64,000 bases of DNA from Christensenellaceae bacterium (lineage in GTDB: Bacteria > Bacillota > Clostridia > Christensenellales > Christensenellaceae), in contig JBMNLE010000003.1 in the NCBI GenBank assembly GCA_050952565.1, positions 25,112 to 89,111 on the forward strand, written 5' to 3'. Both the position numbers and the translations under genes were made by a program. The notes below the pieces were generated by a model. It had not been told where the DNA came from and did no database searches. It saw only the letters and a list, made by a program, of their open reading frames with translations. This document shows, one piece after another, positions 1 to 9,762 of this stretch (the first letter of the stretch is position 1; each line of letters opens with the position of its first letter).

Positions 1-3000
1 CCAATTGCTGTAACGCAAATAACAACTCCTCTTGTACGGCAACTGTCTGTGGTAATCCATAGGTTTTTCTCGTTTCATCTACCACAATGCGCACCGCAGC
101 AGCACCATCATACCCCAGCAAAAGTTTTTTAATTTCTCGTACCAAGCTTACATCTTCCTTGGGTATTTTAATATATAATTTCTCATCACATGGCGGTTCT
201 AATTTCTTCTCTGTTGCTTTTTTTTGCAGCAATGCTTCAAGCACAACATCCTCCAACAACAGTTCTACTTCGTCTCCGCCCATCATTACCCGTGCTTTAA
301 TGCGGTATACTTCATCCGTGCGCAAAAGATGGGCCAACTTTTCATAATATGCCGGAAAAACTGTAACGCCAATGCTGCCTGATAAATCTTCAAACACTGC
401 ATTTGCCATCATTTGTCTGTTTCGTCTGGTGGTGCGCGTTTTTATTTCAGAGAACATGCCCACAAGCTCCACATTGGCATTTTCCATGCGTTGTTGCATT
501 TGTGGGTTTTCCACATTGCTGCGAATGGTGAAAATAGACCATTTTTCTTTCGCCAATGCATCTGCATAATCCATCAAAGGATGCCCGGATAGGTACATAC
601 CTACTTTTTCTTTTTCTTTTGCCAACTTTTCTTTTTCGCTGTATTCGGGCATATCCGGCAACGCTAGCTTTGGCGCAGCCTCTTCAGACAAAGCGAAGAT
701 GCTCACTTGCCCGCTGGCAGCAAATTTTGCTTCTGCTTGTGCGTTTTTATAAAGCGTCGCGTAAACCGCCATCAGTTGCGCGCGCTTTGCCCCCGTAGCG
801 TCAAAACAACCTGATAAAATTAGTGATTCCAGTTTTGTTTTATTGACCGACTGCACATTGCGTTTGATAAAATCTCCAAAATCACTATATTTGCCGTTTG
901 TCTGCCGTTCCCGTAGCACCAAGTTGATGGAATCTCCCACGTTTGCCAGCCCGGACAGCCCGAAGCGAATGGCATCATTTTCTACTGTGAAATATTTCTC
1001 GGACAAATTAATGTCCGGCATCAAAATTTCTATGCCACATTTTCTAATGTACTGCATATATTGAATGATTTTATCTGCAGAAGAGATAAAACTATTGAGC
1101 AGTGCTGTCATAAATTCTACTTTATAAAAGCATTTGAGATACGCCGTTTGATACGCCACAACCGCATACGCGCATGCGTGAGATTTATTGAAGGCATATT
1201 GAGCAAAATCCATCATCTGGTCGAACACGCGTTTGGCAACCTCTTCGCTTACACCCCGCGCAACCGCCCCTTCCACGCCTTCTCCACCATAAATAAACGT
1301 TTGGCGCTCTTGTTCCATGACATCTGCCTTTTTCTTCGCCATGGCGCGGCGCACTTCATCACTTCTCGCCAGAGAATACCCCGCCATATCGCGCACCATC
1401 TCCATGACTTGCTCTTGATACACCATACAGCCATATGTGTCTTTTAATAACTCTTCCAGCATAGGATGATCATACTTTACTTGCGCTGGGTTGTTCTTCC
1501 CTGCAATATAGTCAGGTATTTTCCCCATAGGGCCGGGGCGGAACAGAGAAATCCCCACCATGATATCATTCAGGTTTTCAGGCTTTAACTCCGTCATAAG
1601 CGAGCGCATGCCGCCACTTTCCAATTGGAAGATACCATCTGTATCCCCTGAGGAAATGAGTGCAAACACCGCCGGATCATCTAATTCCATCGTATCAAAG
1701 TCAATTTCGACGCCACGATTTTCTTTGATCATGCGCAGCGCATCTCGTATCACAGTCAGCGTACGCAACCCAAGAAAATCCATTTTCAAAAGCCCCAAAT
1801 CTTCAATATTATGCATATTGTATTGGGTGGTTACGCTTTCGTCTTTTTTATTGAGCGCCAGCGGCGCATATTCGGTTATGGGCTCTGCAGAAATAACGAC
1901 TGCGGCGGCATGGGTAGAACTCTGGCGCGGCATCCCTTCCAGTTTCATTGCCATCTCCAACCATTCGCGAATCTGCGGGTTGTTATTATATTCCTGCCGC
2001 AGCGCACTGCTTTCTTGCAATGCTTTTTCAATGGTCATGCCAATGGCAAAAGGAATCATTTTCGCAATGCGATCTGCCTCTTGTACCGGTATGCGCATAA
2101 CACGCGCCACATCACGTACCACTTGTTTCGCCCCCAGCGTGCCAAATGTGATCAGTTGCGCAACTTTATCATGTCCATATTTTTCAGTAACATAGTCAAT
2201 GACTTCGCCGCGCCGCTCAATGCAAAAATCAATATCAATGTCCGGCATACTCACACGCTCCGGATTCAAAAATCGCTCAAACAGTAGGTTGTATCGAATC
2301 GGGTCAATGTCTGTAATTTTCAGTGCATATGCAACAATACTACCTGCTGCACTGCCCCTGCCCGGCCCCACCATGATGCCTCGCTTGCGGGCAAAATCAA
2401 TATAGTCCCATACAATCAAAAAATAATCAGTAAAACCCATATTGTTGATGGTATCAAGCTCATAGCGCATCCGCTCTTCCAACGCGCTATATTCGCCATA
2501 TCGTTCTTCCATGCCATTGCGCACCAAATGCTCTAAATATGCGGTATCTGTAAAACCCTCCGGCACTTCATAACTGGGCAAGCGGATGACACCCAGTTCA
2601 ATTTCCACATCACAGCTTTCTGCGATTTTTACTGTATTATCATATGCTTCGGGTAAATGCGGGAACAACCTGCGCATTTCCTCTTCGGATTTGATGTAAA
2701 ATTCATCTGTTTCAAACAAGCCGCCATCTTCCAATGTCCGCCCCATTTGTAGGCACATCATAACATCCTGCGCCCGCGCATCTTCTTTTTCCACATAATG
2801 GGTATCGTTTGTCACAATCATTGGGATTTCTAGCTCATTGGCCAGGTTGATGAGCAGTGGATTCGTACGTTTTTGGTCTGCCAATCCGTGGTCTTGTAAC
2901 TCTATATAAAAATCTGCGCCATAAATTTCTTTTAATTGTTTTGCAAGCGCATATGCTTTTTCCGGCTGCCCTTGCAAGAAAGCTTGGGGAATATCTCCCG

Positions 3001-3412
3001 CAATACAAGCGGATGTGCAAATAACCCCTTCGCTATATTGTTGTAACGTTTTATAATCCACGCGCGGTTTATAATAATACCCCTCTGTATGCCCCAAAGA
3101 GCATAGACGCATCAAGTTGCGATATCCTTCTGCAGTTTTGGCAAGCAAAAGTAGATGCGCATATTCTCTTTGCTGCGAAGTTTTTTCATGCATCTCTTCT
3201 ACCACATACGCTTCAAAGCCAAGTATGGGTTTGATGCCTGCCGCTTTTGCTTTTTTATAAAAATCAATTACACCATACATTGCGCCATGATCCGTAATGG
3301 CAATGGCTGTCTGCCCCAAAGCTTTCGCTTTTGCAATGATATCGTCAATGCGCGCCGCGCCATCTAGCAAGCTATATTCGCTATGTACATGTAAATGAAC
3401 AAAACCACTCAT
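1..3412 (-). CDS. dnaE: DNA polymerase III alpha subunit, runs off the left edge
   Basis: Starts MSGFVHLHVHSEYSLLDGA (PHP domain) after SD AAGGAG. Manual translation shows GPGRGSAAGS and PDIDIDF motifs. No stop in frame before position 1, so it is missing from the ORF track. Confidence 0.96.
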   Translation of the reverse strand, partial: MSGFVHLHVHSEYSLLDGAARIDDIIAKAKALGQTAIAITDHGAMYGVIDFYKKAKAAGIKPILGFEAYVVEEMHEKTSQQREYAHLLLLAKTAEGYRNLMRLCSLGHTEGYYYKPRVDYKTLQQYSEGVICTSACIAGDIPQAFLQGQPEKAYALAKQLKEIYGADFYIELQDHGLADQKRTNPLLINLANELEIPMIVTNDTHYVEKEDARAQDVMMCLQMGRTLEDGGLFETDEFYIKSEEEMRRLFPHLPEAYDNTVKIAESCDVEIELGVIRLPSYEVPEGFTDTAYLEHLVRNGMEERYGEYSALEERMRYELDTINNMGFTDYFLIVWDYIDFARKRGIMVGPGRGSAAGSIVAYALKITDIDPIRYNLLFERFLNPERVSMPDIDIDFCIERRGEVIDYVTEKYGHDKVAQLITFGTLGAKQVVRDVARVMRIPVQEADRIAKMIPFAIGMTIEKALQESSALRQEYNNNPQIREWLEMAMKLEGMPRQSSTHAAAVVISAEPITEYAPLALNKKDESVTTQYNMHNIEDLGLLKMDFLGLRTLTVIRDALRMIKENRGVEIDFDTMELDDPAVFALISSGDTDGIFQLESGGMRSLMTELKPENLNDIMVGISLFRPGPMGKIPDYIAGKNNPAQVKYDHPMLEELLKDTYGCMVYQEQVMEMVRDMAGYSLARSDEVRRAMAKKKADVMEQERQTFIYGGEGVEGAVARGVSEEVAKRVFDQMMDFAQYAFNKSHACAYAVVAYQTAYLKCFYKVEFMTALLNSFISSADKIIQYMQYIRKCGIEILMPDINLSEKYFTVENDAIRFGLSGLANVGDSINLVLRERQTNGKYSDFGDFIKRNVQSVNKTKLESLILSGCFDATGAKRAQLMAVYATLYKNAQAEAKFAASGQVSIFALSEEAAPKLALPDMPEYSEKEKLAKEKEKVGMYLSGHPLMDYADALAKEKWSIFTIRSNVENPQMQQRMENANVELVGMFSEIKTRTTRRNRQMMANAVFEDLSGSIGVTVFPAYYEKLAHLLRTDEVYRIKARVMMGGDEVELLLEDVVLEALLQKKATEKKLEPPCDEKLYIKIPKEDVSLVREIKKLLLGYDGAAAVRIVVDETRKTYGLPQTVAVQEELLFALQQL

Positions 3413-3564
3413 GGTATTCTCCTTTTCTTTCTTAAATATTATAGCATAGAGTCCCTTTAATTTATACGCTTCCGGTTTCACGAAAAAAATTTCATATTTT
3501 TTTGCGCTGAACAGAAAAATACGCTATACTACTTATAAATTAGAACTGAACAATGGGGGACAAA

Positions 3565-4359
3565 ATGAAGTATAAACTAATTGCAATCGACATGGATGAA
3601 ACACTTATCACATCAGACAAAATCATTACAGAACGTTCCAAAGAAGCAATGCTGGAAGCCGAAGCTGCGGGCGCGTATGTTGTACTCGCTTCAGGGCGTA
3701 TGGCGGCAAATGTAAAAGAACTTTACGAGCCTTTGGGGCTTTCTTCCCCGTGTATTTGCGGCGGTGGCAGCCAAGTGGTGGATAAAGATTTTAATTATAT
3801 GCATACCTGCTATATTGAGCCGGCGCTGGCAAAGCGCGTTCTTGATTTCGCAAAAGAGTTGGATGTACATGTACAGATTTTTGATGAGGGAGATTATATT
3901 TTCCCAAAATATACGGAATATGTGGAAGTATATCGCGGCATCAGCGGGTTGAATCCTGTGGAAAATCCGGATATGTTTGAAATGGAAGTGGTCAATACGC
4001 CTAAAATTCTCGTCATTGCAGAGCATGCGCGTATTTTGGAAATCCAACCTATGTTCCAAGAACGTTTTCCGGAACTAAACATCGGCCGTTCTCGCCCCAC
4101 TTTCCTTGAAATGAACAACCCTATGGGCAACAAAGGCGTGGCCTTAAAAGTTTTGGCAGAAAAACTGGGGTTAAAGCAAGAAGAGCTCATTGCCATTGGC
4201 GATAATCAAATTGATGCCAGCATGATCGAATATGCCGGGCTTGGTGTCGCCATAGGCAATGCGTTAGATGAAATCAAAGAAATAGCAGATTATGTTTCTG
4301 CGGATAATAATAACGAAGGCGTTACAGAAGTAATCGAAAAATTTATATTGGAGAAATAA
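3565..4359 (+). CDS. Cof-type HAD-IIB hydrolase
   Basis: DMDETL motif I, ASGR, GNKG, GDNQID motif IV; SD GGGGGA. Confidence 0.92.
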   Translation: MKYKLIAIDMDETLITSDKIITERSKEAMLEAEAAGAYVVLASGRMAANVKELYEPLGLSSPCICGGGSQVVDKDFNYMHTCYIEPALAKRVLDFAKELDVHVQIFDEGDYIFPKYTEYVEVYRGISGLNPVENPDMFEMEVVNTPKILVIAEHARILEIQPMFQERFPELNIGRSRPTFLEMNNPMGNKGVALKVLAEKLGLKQEELIAIGDNQIDASMIEYAGLGVAIGNALDEIKEIADYVSADNNNEGVTEVIEKFILEK

Positions 4360-4360
4360 T

Positions 4361-5272
4361 ATGAGTAGACCGATTCGCATCAAACGTTTCATTGAAGAAT
4401 TATCGCTCATGCCCATTTACCTAGGGGATCAAGCTTCTTTTCAAGTGGCTTCCAGCGAGTTAAATCGCCCCGGGTTGCAGTTGAGCGGGTTTTTTGAATA
4501 TTTCTCGGAAGACCGTGTACAGCTTTTTGGCATGGGCGAAATGGAGTATTTGAAAAGCTTGCCCCGCGATGTTTTTGAGGCGCGGCTCAATACGTTTTTC
4601 AGCTACCCCATTCCTTGCATAGTAATTTCTCGAAACTTGATGCCTTCTGATGATTTTGTGGAAATTGCCCGCAAGCATGAAATCCCCATCTTCCTTTCCA
4701 CGTTAGATACCATGAAAATCTCCACTGCTGCTTCCTTGTTTTTGGACAATGAAATGGCGCCAACCATCGCAAGGCATGGCGGGCTTTTGGATATTTATGG
4801 CGTGGGTGTTTTTTTAACCGGCGAATCCGGCGTGGGGAAAAGCGAAACAGCGCTGGAGCTCATTAAGCGTGGGCATCGTATGGTGGCGGATGATGTGGTG
4901 GAAATCAGAAAAATATCAGATTCAATTCTTGTAGGGCGTGCGCCGGATGTGATTCGACATTTGATGGAAATTCGCGGCATTGGGCTTGTGGATGTTTCTA
5001 TACTCTATGGGATGGGCGCGGTTATGGAAAGTAAAACGATAACCCTTTCCATTCATCTGGAGCCGGGCGATGTCAAGGACATTGATCGCCTGGGCACCAA
5101 TACCGAGTATCTGGATTTACTGGGCATTGAAATTCCTCGTATCACAATTCCTGTGCGGCCGGGGCGAAATCTTTCTATCATCATTGAAGTTGCCGCCATG
5201 AATTTCCGGCTCAAATCACTGGGGCATGATCCTGCCGCCATGTTAGATAAAGAAATGCTCAGTCTATTGTAA
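4361..5272 (+). CDS. hprK: HPr(Ser) kinase/phosphorylase
   Basis: ELNRPGLQLSGF, Walker A GESGVGKSE, VADDVVE, MEIRGIG, PVRPGRN. Confidence 0.97.
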   Translation: MSRPIRIKRFIEELSLMPIYLGDQASFQVASSELNRPGLQLSGFFEYFSEDRVQLFGMGEMEYLKSLPRDVFEARLNTFFSYPIPCIVISRNLMPSDDFVEIARKHEIPIFLSTLDTMKISTAASLFLDNEMAPTIARHGGLLDIYGVGVFLTGESGVGKSETALELIKRGHRMVADDVVEIRKISDSILVGRAPDVIRHLMEIRGIGLVDVSILYGMGAVMESKTITLSIHLEPGDVKDIDRLGTNTEYLDLLGIEIPRITIPVRPGRNLSIIIEVAAMNFRLKSLGHDPAAMLDKEMLSLL

Positions 5273-5285
5273 CCGAATACAAAGT

Positions 5286-5310
5286 AAGCCGCGAAAGCGG
5301 CTTTTCTTTT
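5286..5310 (+). terminator. Intrinsic terminator after hprK
   Basis: AAGCCGC-GAAA-GCGGCTT followed by a T tract. Confidence 0.85.
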
Positions 5311-5401
5311 TGCAAAAAACTTTACACATCCTTTGTTGAACCATTTTCATTCTTAAGGTAAAATAATCATATTATATAGAAAGTATCTTTATTATTAATT
5401 T

Positions 5402-6325
5402 ATGTATCAAAAACTAATCCATGCGCTTTCGCATGCAAATATTCCATATAAAGAGCAGGTTTCTCTGGCAGAGTATACTGCATTTCGCACCGGTGGTGCC
5501 GCAAAAATTTGTATTTTCCCGCGCGCAACAGAAGAAATTATGCATATTTTTTCTTTGCTGCGTGAAACACATGTGCCCTATTATATTTTGGGTGGTGGTT
5601 CTAATGTGCTGGTTGCAGATGAAGGTATTTGCGGCGCAGTCATTGTCATCGGCAAGGATCTCGCTGAGATTTCTGTCGAAAATGACCTGATTCATGTGCA
5701 AGCCGGCGCAAAGCTTTCTACCTTAGTGCGCGAAGCGCATACCGCAGGGTTTACCGGGCTTGAATTTGCCAGCGGTATTCCGGGAACTGTCGGTGGCGGT
5801 ATTTATATGAATGCAGGCGCTTTTGGTGGTACGCTATCTGAGTTTATTACGACTGTTACGTCCATTGACCAAACAGGTAAATTACATACCTTCACAAACA
5901 AAGAAGCGCAATTTGATTATCGTAAAAGTGTTTTTATGGAAAATGAGCATGTTATTTTGTCCGGTACTTTCTCGCTTTTGCGCGGAAACATTGGTGAAGC
6001 CAAAGCGCGCATGCAAGAAATCAGCCGCCTGCGCAAAGAAAAACAACCGCTTGAATATCCCAGTGCCGGCAGCACATTTAAGCGCCCGCCGGATCAATTT
6101 GCCGGGCATTTGATTGAACAATCCGGTCTAAAAGGATTTTGTATCGGCAACGCATGCGTTTCCCAAAAGCATGCCGGCTTTATCATCAACAAAGGCGGTG
6201 CTTCCGCCAAAGATATCATGATGGTCATTGCGCATGTGGAAAAAACCGTTTATGAAAAAACCGGAATACAGCTGGAAAAAGAGGTACGTATGATTAATAA
6301 CGATGCCCTTTTGTCTCTTACATAA
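5402..6325 (+). CDS. murB: UDP-N-acetylmuramate dehydrogenase
   Basis: GGGSNVL, GIPGTVGG, MNAGAFG, PSAGSTFKRP, HAGFIIN. Confidence 0.96.
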   Translation: MYQKLIHALSHANIPYKEQVSLAEYTAFRTGGAAKICIFPRATEEIMHIFSLLRETHVPYYILGGGSNVLVADEGICGAVIVIGKDLAEISVENDLIHVQAGAKLSTLVREAHTAGFTGLEFASGIPGTVGGGIYMNAGAFGGTLSEFITTVTSIDQTGKLHTFTNKEAQFDYRKSVFMENEHVILSGTFSLLRGNIGEAKARMQEISRLRKEKQPLEYPSAGSTFKRPPDQFAGHLIEQSGLKGFCIGNACVSQKHAGFIINKGGASAKDIMMVIAHVEKTVYEKTGIQLEKEVRMINNDALLSLT

Positions 6326-6328
6326 AAA

Positions 6329-7066
6329 ATGCAGTATTTATTAGAAGCCGATTATCATACCCATACAATATTCAGCAAACACAAGCATGGCAAAGATACA
6401 CCCGAAGCCAATATCAAGGCTGCCATTGCAAAAGGGCTAAAAACCATTGGCATCAGTGATCATGGTCCTGCGCATGCATTATTTGGCATTAAAGATATGT
6501 CTGTATATTTAGAAACACTGCGCAAATTGCAACAAAAATATGCTGCGCAAATTGTCGTTTCCATCGGGGTCGAGCTGAATTTTATCGGGCTGGATGGTCG
6601 CATTGATTTATCGGAAGCGTATGCAGATGCTTTTGATACGAGAATTCTTGGGTTTCATCAATGCGTTTTGCCCAACTCTTTTGCTTCCGGTATTGCTTTT
6701 TATGGGCAGCGTATTTTGGCGAAAAACAGTCGCTCTATGATAACAAAAGCAACGGATATGTATATCCGTGCGCTGGAAAAATATCCCGTTATCATTCTTG
6801 CACATCCGGGGCATGCCATCTCTCTTGATTTTGTTCCTCTGGCAGATGCTTGTAAAACGTTTGGCACTTATGTGGAAATCAACAACACCCATGGCGGGCT
6901 ATGTGTAAAAGACATTGCACGCATGGCAGATCGCGGTGCAAAATTCGTACTTTCCAGCGATGCACATCGCAGCGAGAATGTAGGAGAAGTTTCTATCGCC
7001 CATGCCCGCATGCTAGCAGCGGGGCTCAGCGAAAAAGAAGTTGTAAACATAAAAAAAGGAGAATGA
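6329..7066 (+). CDS. PHP-domain phosphoesterase
   Basis: DYHTHT, SDHG, AHP, SSDAH metal-binding motifs. Confidence 0.88.
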   Translation: MQYLLEADYHTHTIFSKHKHGKDTPEANIKAAIAKGLKTIGISDHGPAHALFGIKDMSVYLETLRKLQQKYAAQIVVSIGVELNFIGLDGRIDLSEAYADAFDTRILGFHQCVLPNSFASGIAFYGQRILAKNSRSMITKATDMYIRALEKYPVIILAHPGHAISLDFVPLADACKTFGTYVEINNTHGGLCVKDIARMADRGAKFVLSSDAHRSENVGEVSIAHARMLAAGLSEKEVVNIKKGE

Positions 7067-7070
7067 CCAA

Positions 7071-7967
7071 ATGAAGTTTACCATCATCACCGGTATCTCC
7101 GGTGCAGGCAAATCTTCCGCGCTCAAAATTTTAGAAGATATGGGGTTCTTATGTGCAGATAATATTCCGCCGTTATTGATCCCTGAGTTTGCTCGCGTTT
7201 GCCTGGAAAGCCCAAACCCACCTGCCAATGCCGCAGTTGTTGCAGATATGCGCATGGGCAGTATGTTTGATGATATTTATGAAGCGCTTGAAGTTTTAAA
7301 AGAGATGGATCTTGCGCTGGACATTTTGTTTTTGGATGCTTCGGATGAAATGCTGGTTAGCCGTTTTACACAAACACGTCGGCGGCATCCTGTTACCGGC
7401 AGCGGTAATATTTTAACAGGCATTCTGACAGAACGGGATAAAATGCAGCGCATCAAGGATATGGCCAATAATATTATCGATACCAGCACCTATTCCACGC
7501 GTCAGCTTTCTGAAATTTTGGCGATTCGCTATAGCGATGTTAGCGACAGCCGTTTGCTCATCTCCATTACCAGCTTCGGCTACAAGCGAGGTATTCCAAT
7601 TGATGCCGATATGGTATTCGATATGCGGTTTGTCCCCAATCCTTTTTATATTCCAGCGTTTCGAACCTCCACCGGTTTACAAGAGGATGTACGAAATTAT
7701 GTCCTTTCTTTTGACGAAACACAATTTTTCATTGATAAAATTTTGGAGTTAATTTTGCATTTGGGTCCCAACTACTTGGAGCAAGATAAAAAACAATTGG
7801 CAGTTGCTATTGGTTGTACCGGAGGGATGCATCGCAGTGTGGCTGTAGCAGAAGAATTGTTCCGCCGCCTGGAAGAAAAAGAGCAGCGGGCTACCATTGA
7901 ACATCGAGATGTTTTATTGGAAAAAGAAAATGTGGAAAGCCGTTTTCGTGCTTCTACGCAGGGGTAA
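7071..7967 (+). CDS. rapZ: RNase adapter RapZ/YvcJ family P-loop protein
   Basis: GISGAGKS, DNIPP, SFGYKRGIP, DMRFVPNP, IGCTGGMHRSV. Confidence 0.95.
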   Translation: MKFTIITGISGAGKSSALKILEDMGFLCADNIPPLLIPEFARVCLESPNPPANAAVVADMRMGSMFDDIYEALEVLKEMDLALDILFLDASDEMLVSRFTQTRRRHPVTGSGNILTGILTERDKMQRIKDMANNIIDTSTYSTRQLSEILAIRYSDVSDSRLLISITSFGYKRGIPIDADMVFDMRFVPNPFYIPAFRTSTGLQEDVRNYVLSFDETQFFIDKILELILHLGPNYLEQDKKQLAVAIGCTGGMHRSVAVAEELFRRLEEKEQRATIEHRDVLLEKENVESRFRASTQG

Positions 7968-7969
7968 CC

Positions 7970-8923
7970 ATGATGCCGATGCCTTCTTTTTCATATCAAG
8001 TCAAAGAAGAACTCTGCCGCCGCCCATTGCGTGAACGGCATTGTATGCAAGCGGAGCTGGCAGGGATTACGCATGTTTCCGGCGCACTTTTTTTAAGTGG
8101 CAGTGGGACAGGCATTAGCTATACAACAGAACATCCCAGCATTGTAACGCGCCTGTTTTCGCTTTATGCGGGTCTGTTTTCTTTGACGCCACTGCTTTCC
8201 CAAACCAAGAACCAACTGCAAAAAGAAGTGTATCAAATTCGTGTCATTTTTTCAGATCTTGAAAACGCGCTGCAAACTTTGGCGGTTACGCTAACCCCAA
8301 TGTTTGGCGTAAACCAAGCATTGCTAGCCTCCCTTCTTGGTAAAGATTGCTGTAAAGCCGCTTATTTGCGGGGCGCATTTTTGGGGAGTGGTAGCATGAC
8401 AGATCCGGAAAAAGAATATCATCTGGAAATTGTCTCTGGTTCTTCCGCCGTAGCAGAGGTGTTACGCAATCTGATGTCTTCTGTTGAAATTTCTGCGGGC
8501 ATCACTGCGCGCAAAGAAAATACGGTTGTTTACCTAAAAGATAGTACCGGTATTACCACGCTGCTAACACATATGGGTGCACATACCGCTGTATTGGAAA
8601 TTGAAAATATTCGGATTTATAAAAACATACGTGGGAACATCAATCGCCAATACAACTGGGAAAGCGCCAATATTGACCGCACTGTGCGCTCTGCCATGAC
8701 GCAGCTTAAAAACATTACGCTCATTGAAGAATATCAAGGGCTCTCTAGCCTAACGCCCGCCCTGCAAGAAGCTGCAACACTACGGCTGCAACACCCGGAG
8801 GCCTCTTTAGAAGAACTCGCTTCGTTGAGCAAAAACAAATCCAGCAAATCTGCCATGAACAATCGCTTGCGTAAATTGGCAGGGATTGCAGAAGCCATCA
8901 AAAAAGCGTATGATTTATCTTAG
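7970..8923 (+). CDS. whiA: WhiA family DNA-binding protein
   Basis: AYLRGAFLGSGSMTDPEKEYHLE, NWESANIDRT, SKSAMNNRLRKL. Confidence 0.93.
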   Translation: MMPMPSFSYQVKEELCRRPLRERHCMQAELAGITHVSGALFLSGSGTGISYTTEHPSIVTRLFSLYAGLFSLTPLLSQTKNQLQKEVYQIRVIFSDLENALQTLAVTLTPMFGVNQALLASLLGKDCCKAAYLRGAFLGSGSMTDPEKEYHLEIVSGSSAVAEVLRNLMSSVEISAGITARKENTVVYLKDSTGITTLLTHMGAHTAVLEIENIRIYKNIRGNINRQYNWESANIDRTVRSAMTQLKNITLIEEYQGLSSLTPALQEAATLRLQHPEASLEELASLSKNKSSKSAMNNRLRKLAGIAEAIKKAYDLS

Positions 8924-8934
8924 ATAGAATTTGC

Positions 8935-8958
8935 GAAGAGGAAAAGGATTTTCTCTTC
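8935..8958 (+). terminator. Hairpin between whiA and the HPr-like gene
   Basis: GAAGAG-GAAAA...TTTT-CTCTTC inverted repeat with no strong T tail. Confidence 0.4.
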
Positions 8959-9009
8959 CCATAGAGAATTTAGAACTATGAGAATACACAAAGTGGAGGA
9001 CTTGCAAAT

Positions 9010-9279
9010 ATGTTATACAAAGACTTGGAAATCAATATAGAAAACGGGCTACGTTCCAGAGGTGCTGCAATGTTTGTTTCAGTGGCAGGTCGATTTGAAT
9101 CACAAATTTTAATAGAACAAGAAAATAAGAAAATAAACGCCAAGAGTATTATGGGTGTGCTTTCGCTGGGCATTAAGCAGGGTGATACCATTACCGTTGT
9201 TGCCAATGGGAAAGATGAAAAAGAAGCCGTGGAAGCGCTGGAAAAACTGGCAACCTCCGGCGAACTGGATGAAGCGTAA
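9010..9279 (+). CDS. HPr-family (Crh-like) protein lacking His15
   Basis: NAKSIMGVLSLG (Ser46 site) present; GLRSRG replaces GLHARP. Confidence 0.9.
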   Translation: MLYKDLEINIENGLRSRGAAMFVSVAGRFESQILIEQENKKINAKSIMGVLSLGIKQGDTITVVANGKDEKEAVEALEKLATSGELDEA

Positions 9280-9288
9280 ACATATATA

Positions 9289-9762
9289 ATGGAAACATCT
9301 ATTATCAAAAATGCCTTAACCTATTATAAAAGCGGCTTCAACTGCGCGCAAGCGGTATTGGCCGCTTTTTCGCCGATTTATCAGATGGATGAAAAGGAGG
9401 CCTTACGTCTGGCTTGCGGATTCGGCGGTGGTGCCCGCGCGGGAGAGCTCTGCGGCGCTGTCAGTGGTGCCGTTTTAGTCATTGGTCTAAAATACGGGCA
9501 AGATGTAAGAGAAGATACAGCAAGTAAGCTGCGTTGTTATGAGGCAGTAACCGCTTTCCATGCCGCTTTTCGCAGCAAAGCAGGAAACCTTGTCTGCAAA
9601 GAACTTTTGGGCGCGGATATTTCCACAGAAGAGGGCATGGCGTATGCACAAAGAGAAAATCTTTTTCCCACCACTTGCCTTTTACTTGTAAAAACAGCAA
9701 CAGAAATTTTAATCGCACAAGGCTATGCAAATAAGCATAAAGGAGAATCATATGATTTATAA
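9289..9762 (+). CDS. C_GCAxxG_C_C family putative redox protein
   Basis: FNCAQAV, ELCGAVSG, LVCKELLG, C-terminal Cys. Confidence 0.88.
   Translation: METSIIKNALTYYKSGFNCAQAVLAAFSPIYQMDEKEALRLACGFGGGARAGELCGAVSGAVLVIGLKYGQDVREDTASKLRCYEAVTAFHAAFRSKAGNLVCKELLGADISTEEGMAYAQRENLFPTTCLLLVKTATEILIAQGYANKHKGESYDL

Noticed and set aside
87-3367. Plus-strand ORFs of 60-211 aa over the dnaE region
   Set aside because: Antisense shadows of the continuous dnaE frame; no SD or motifs
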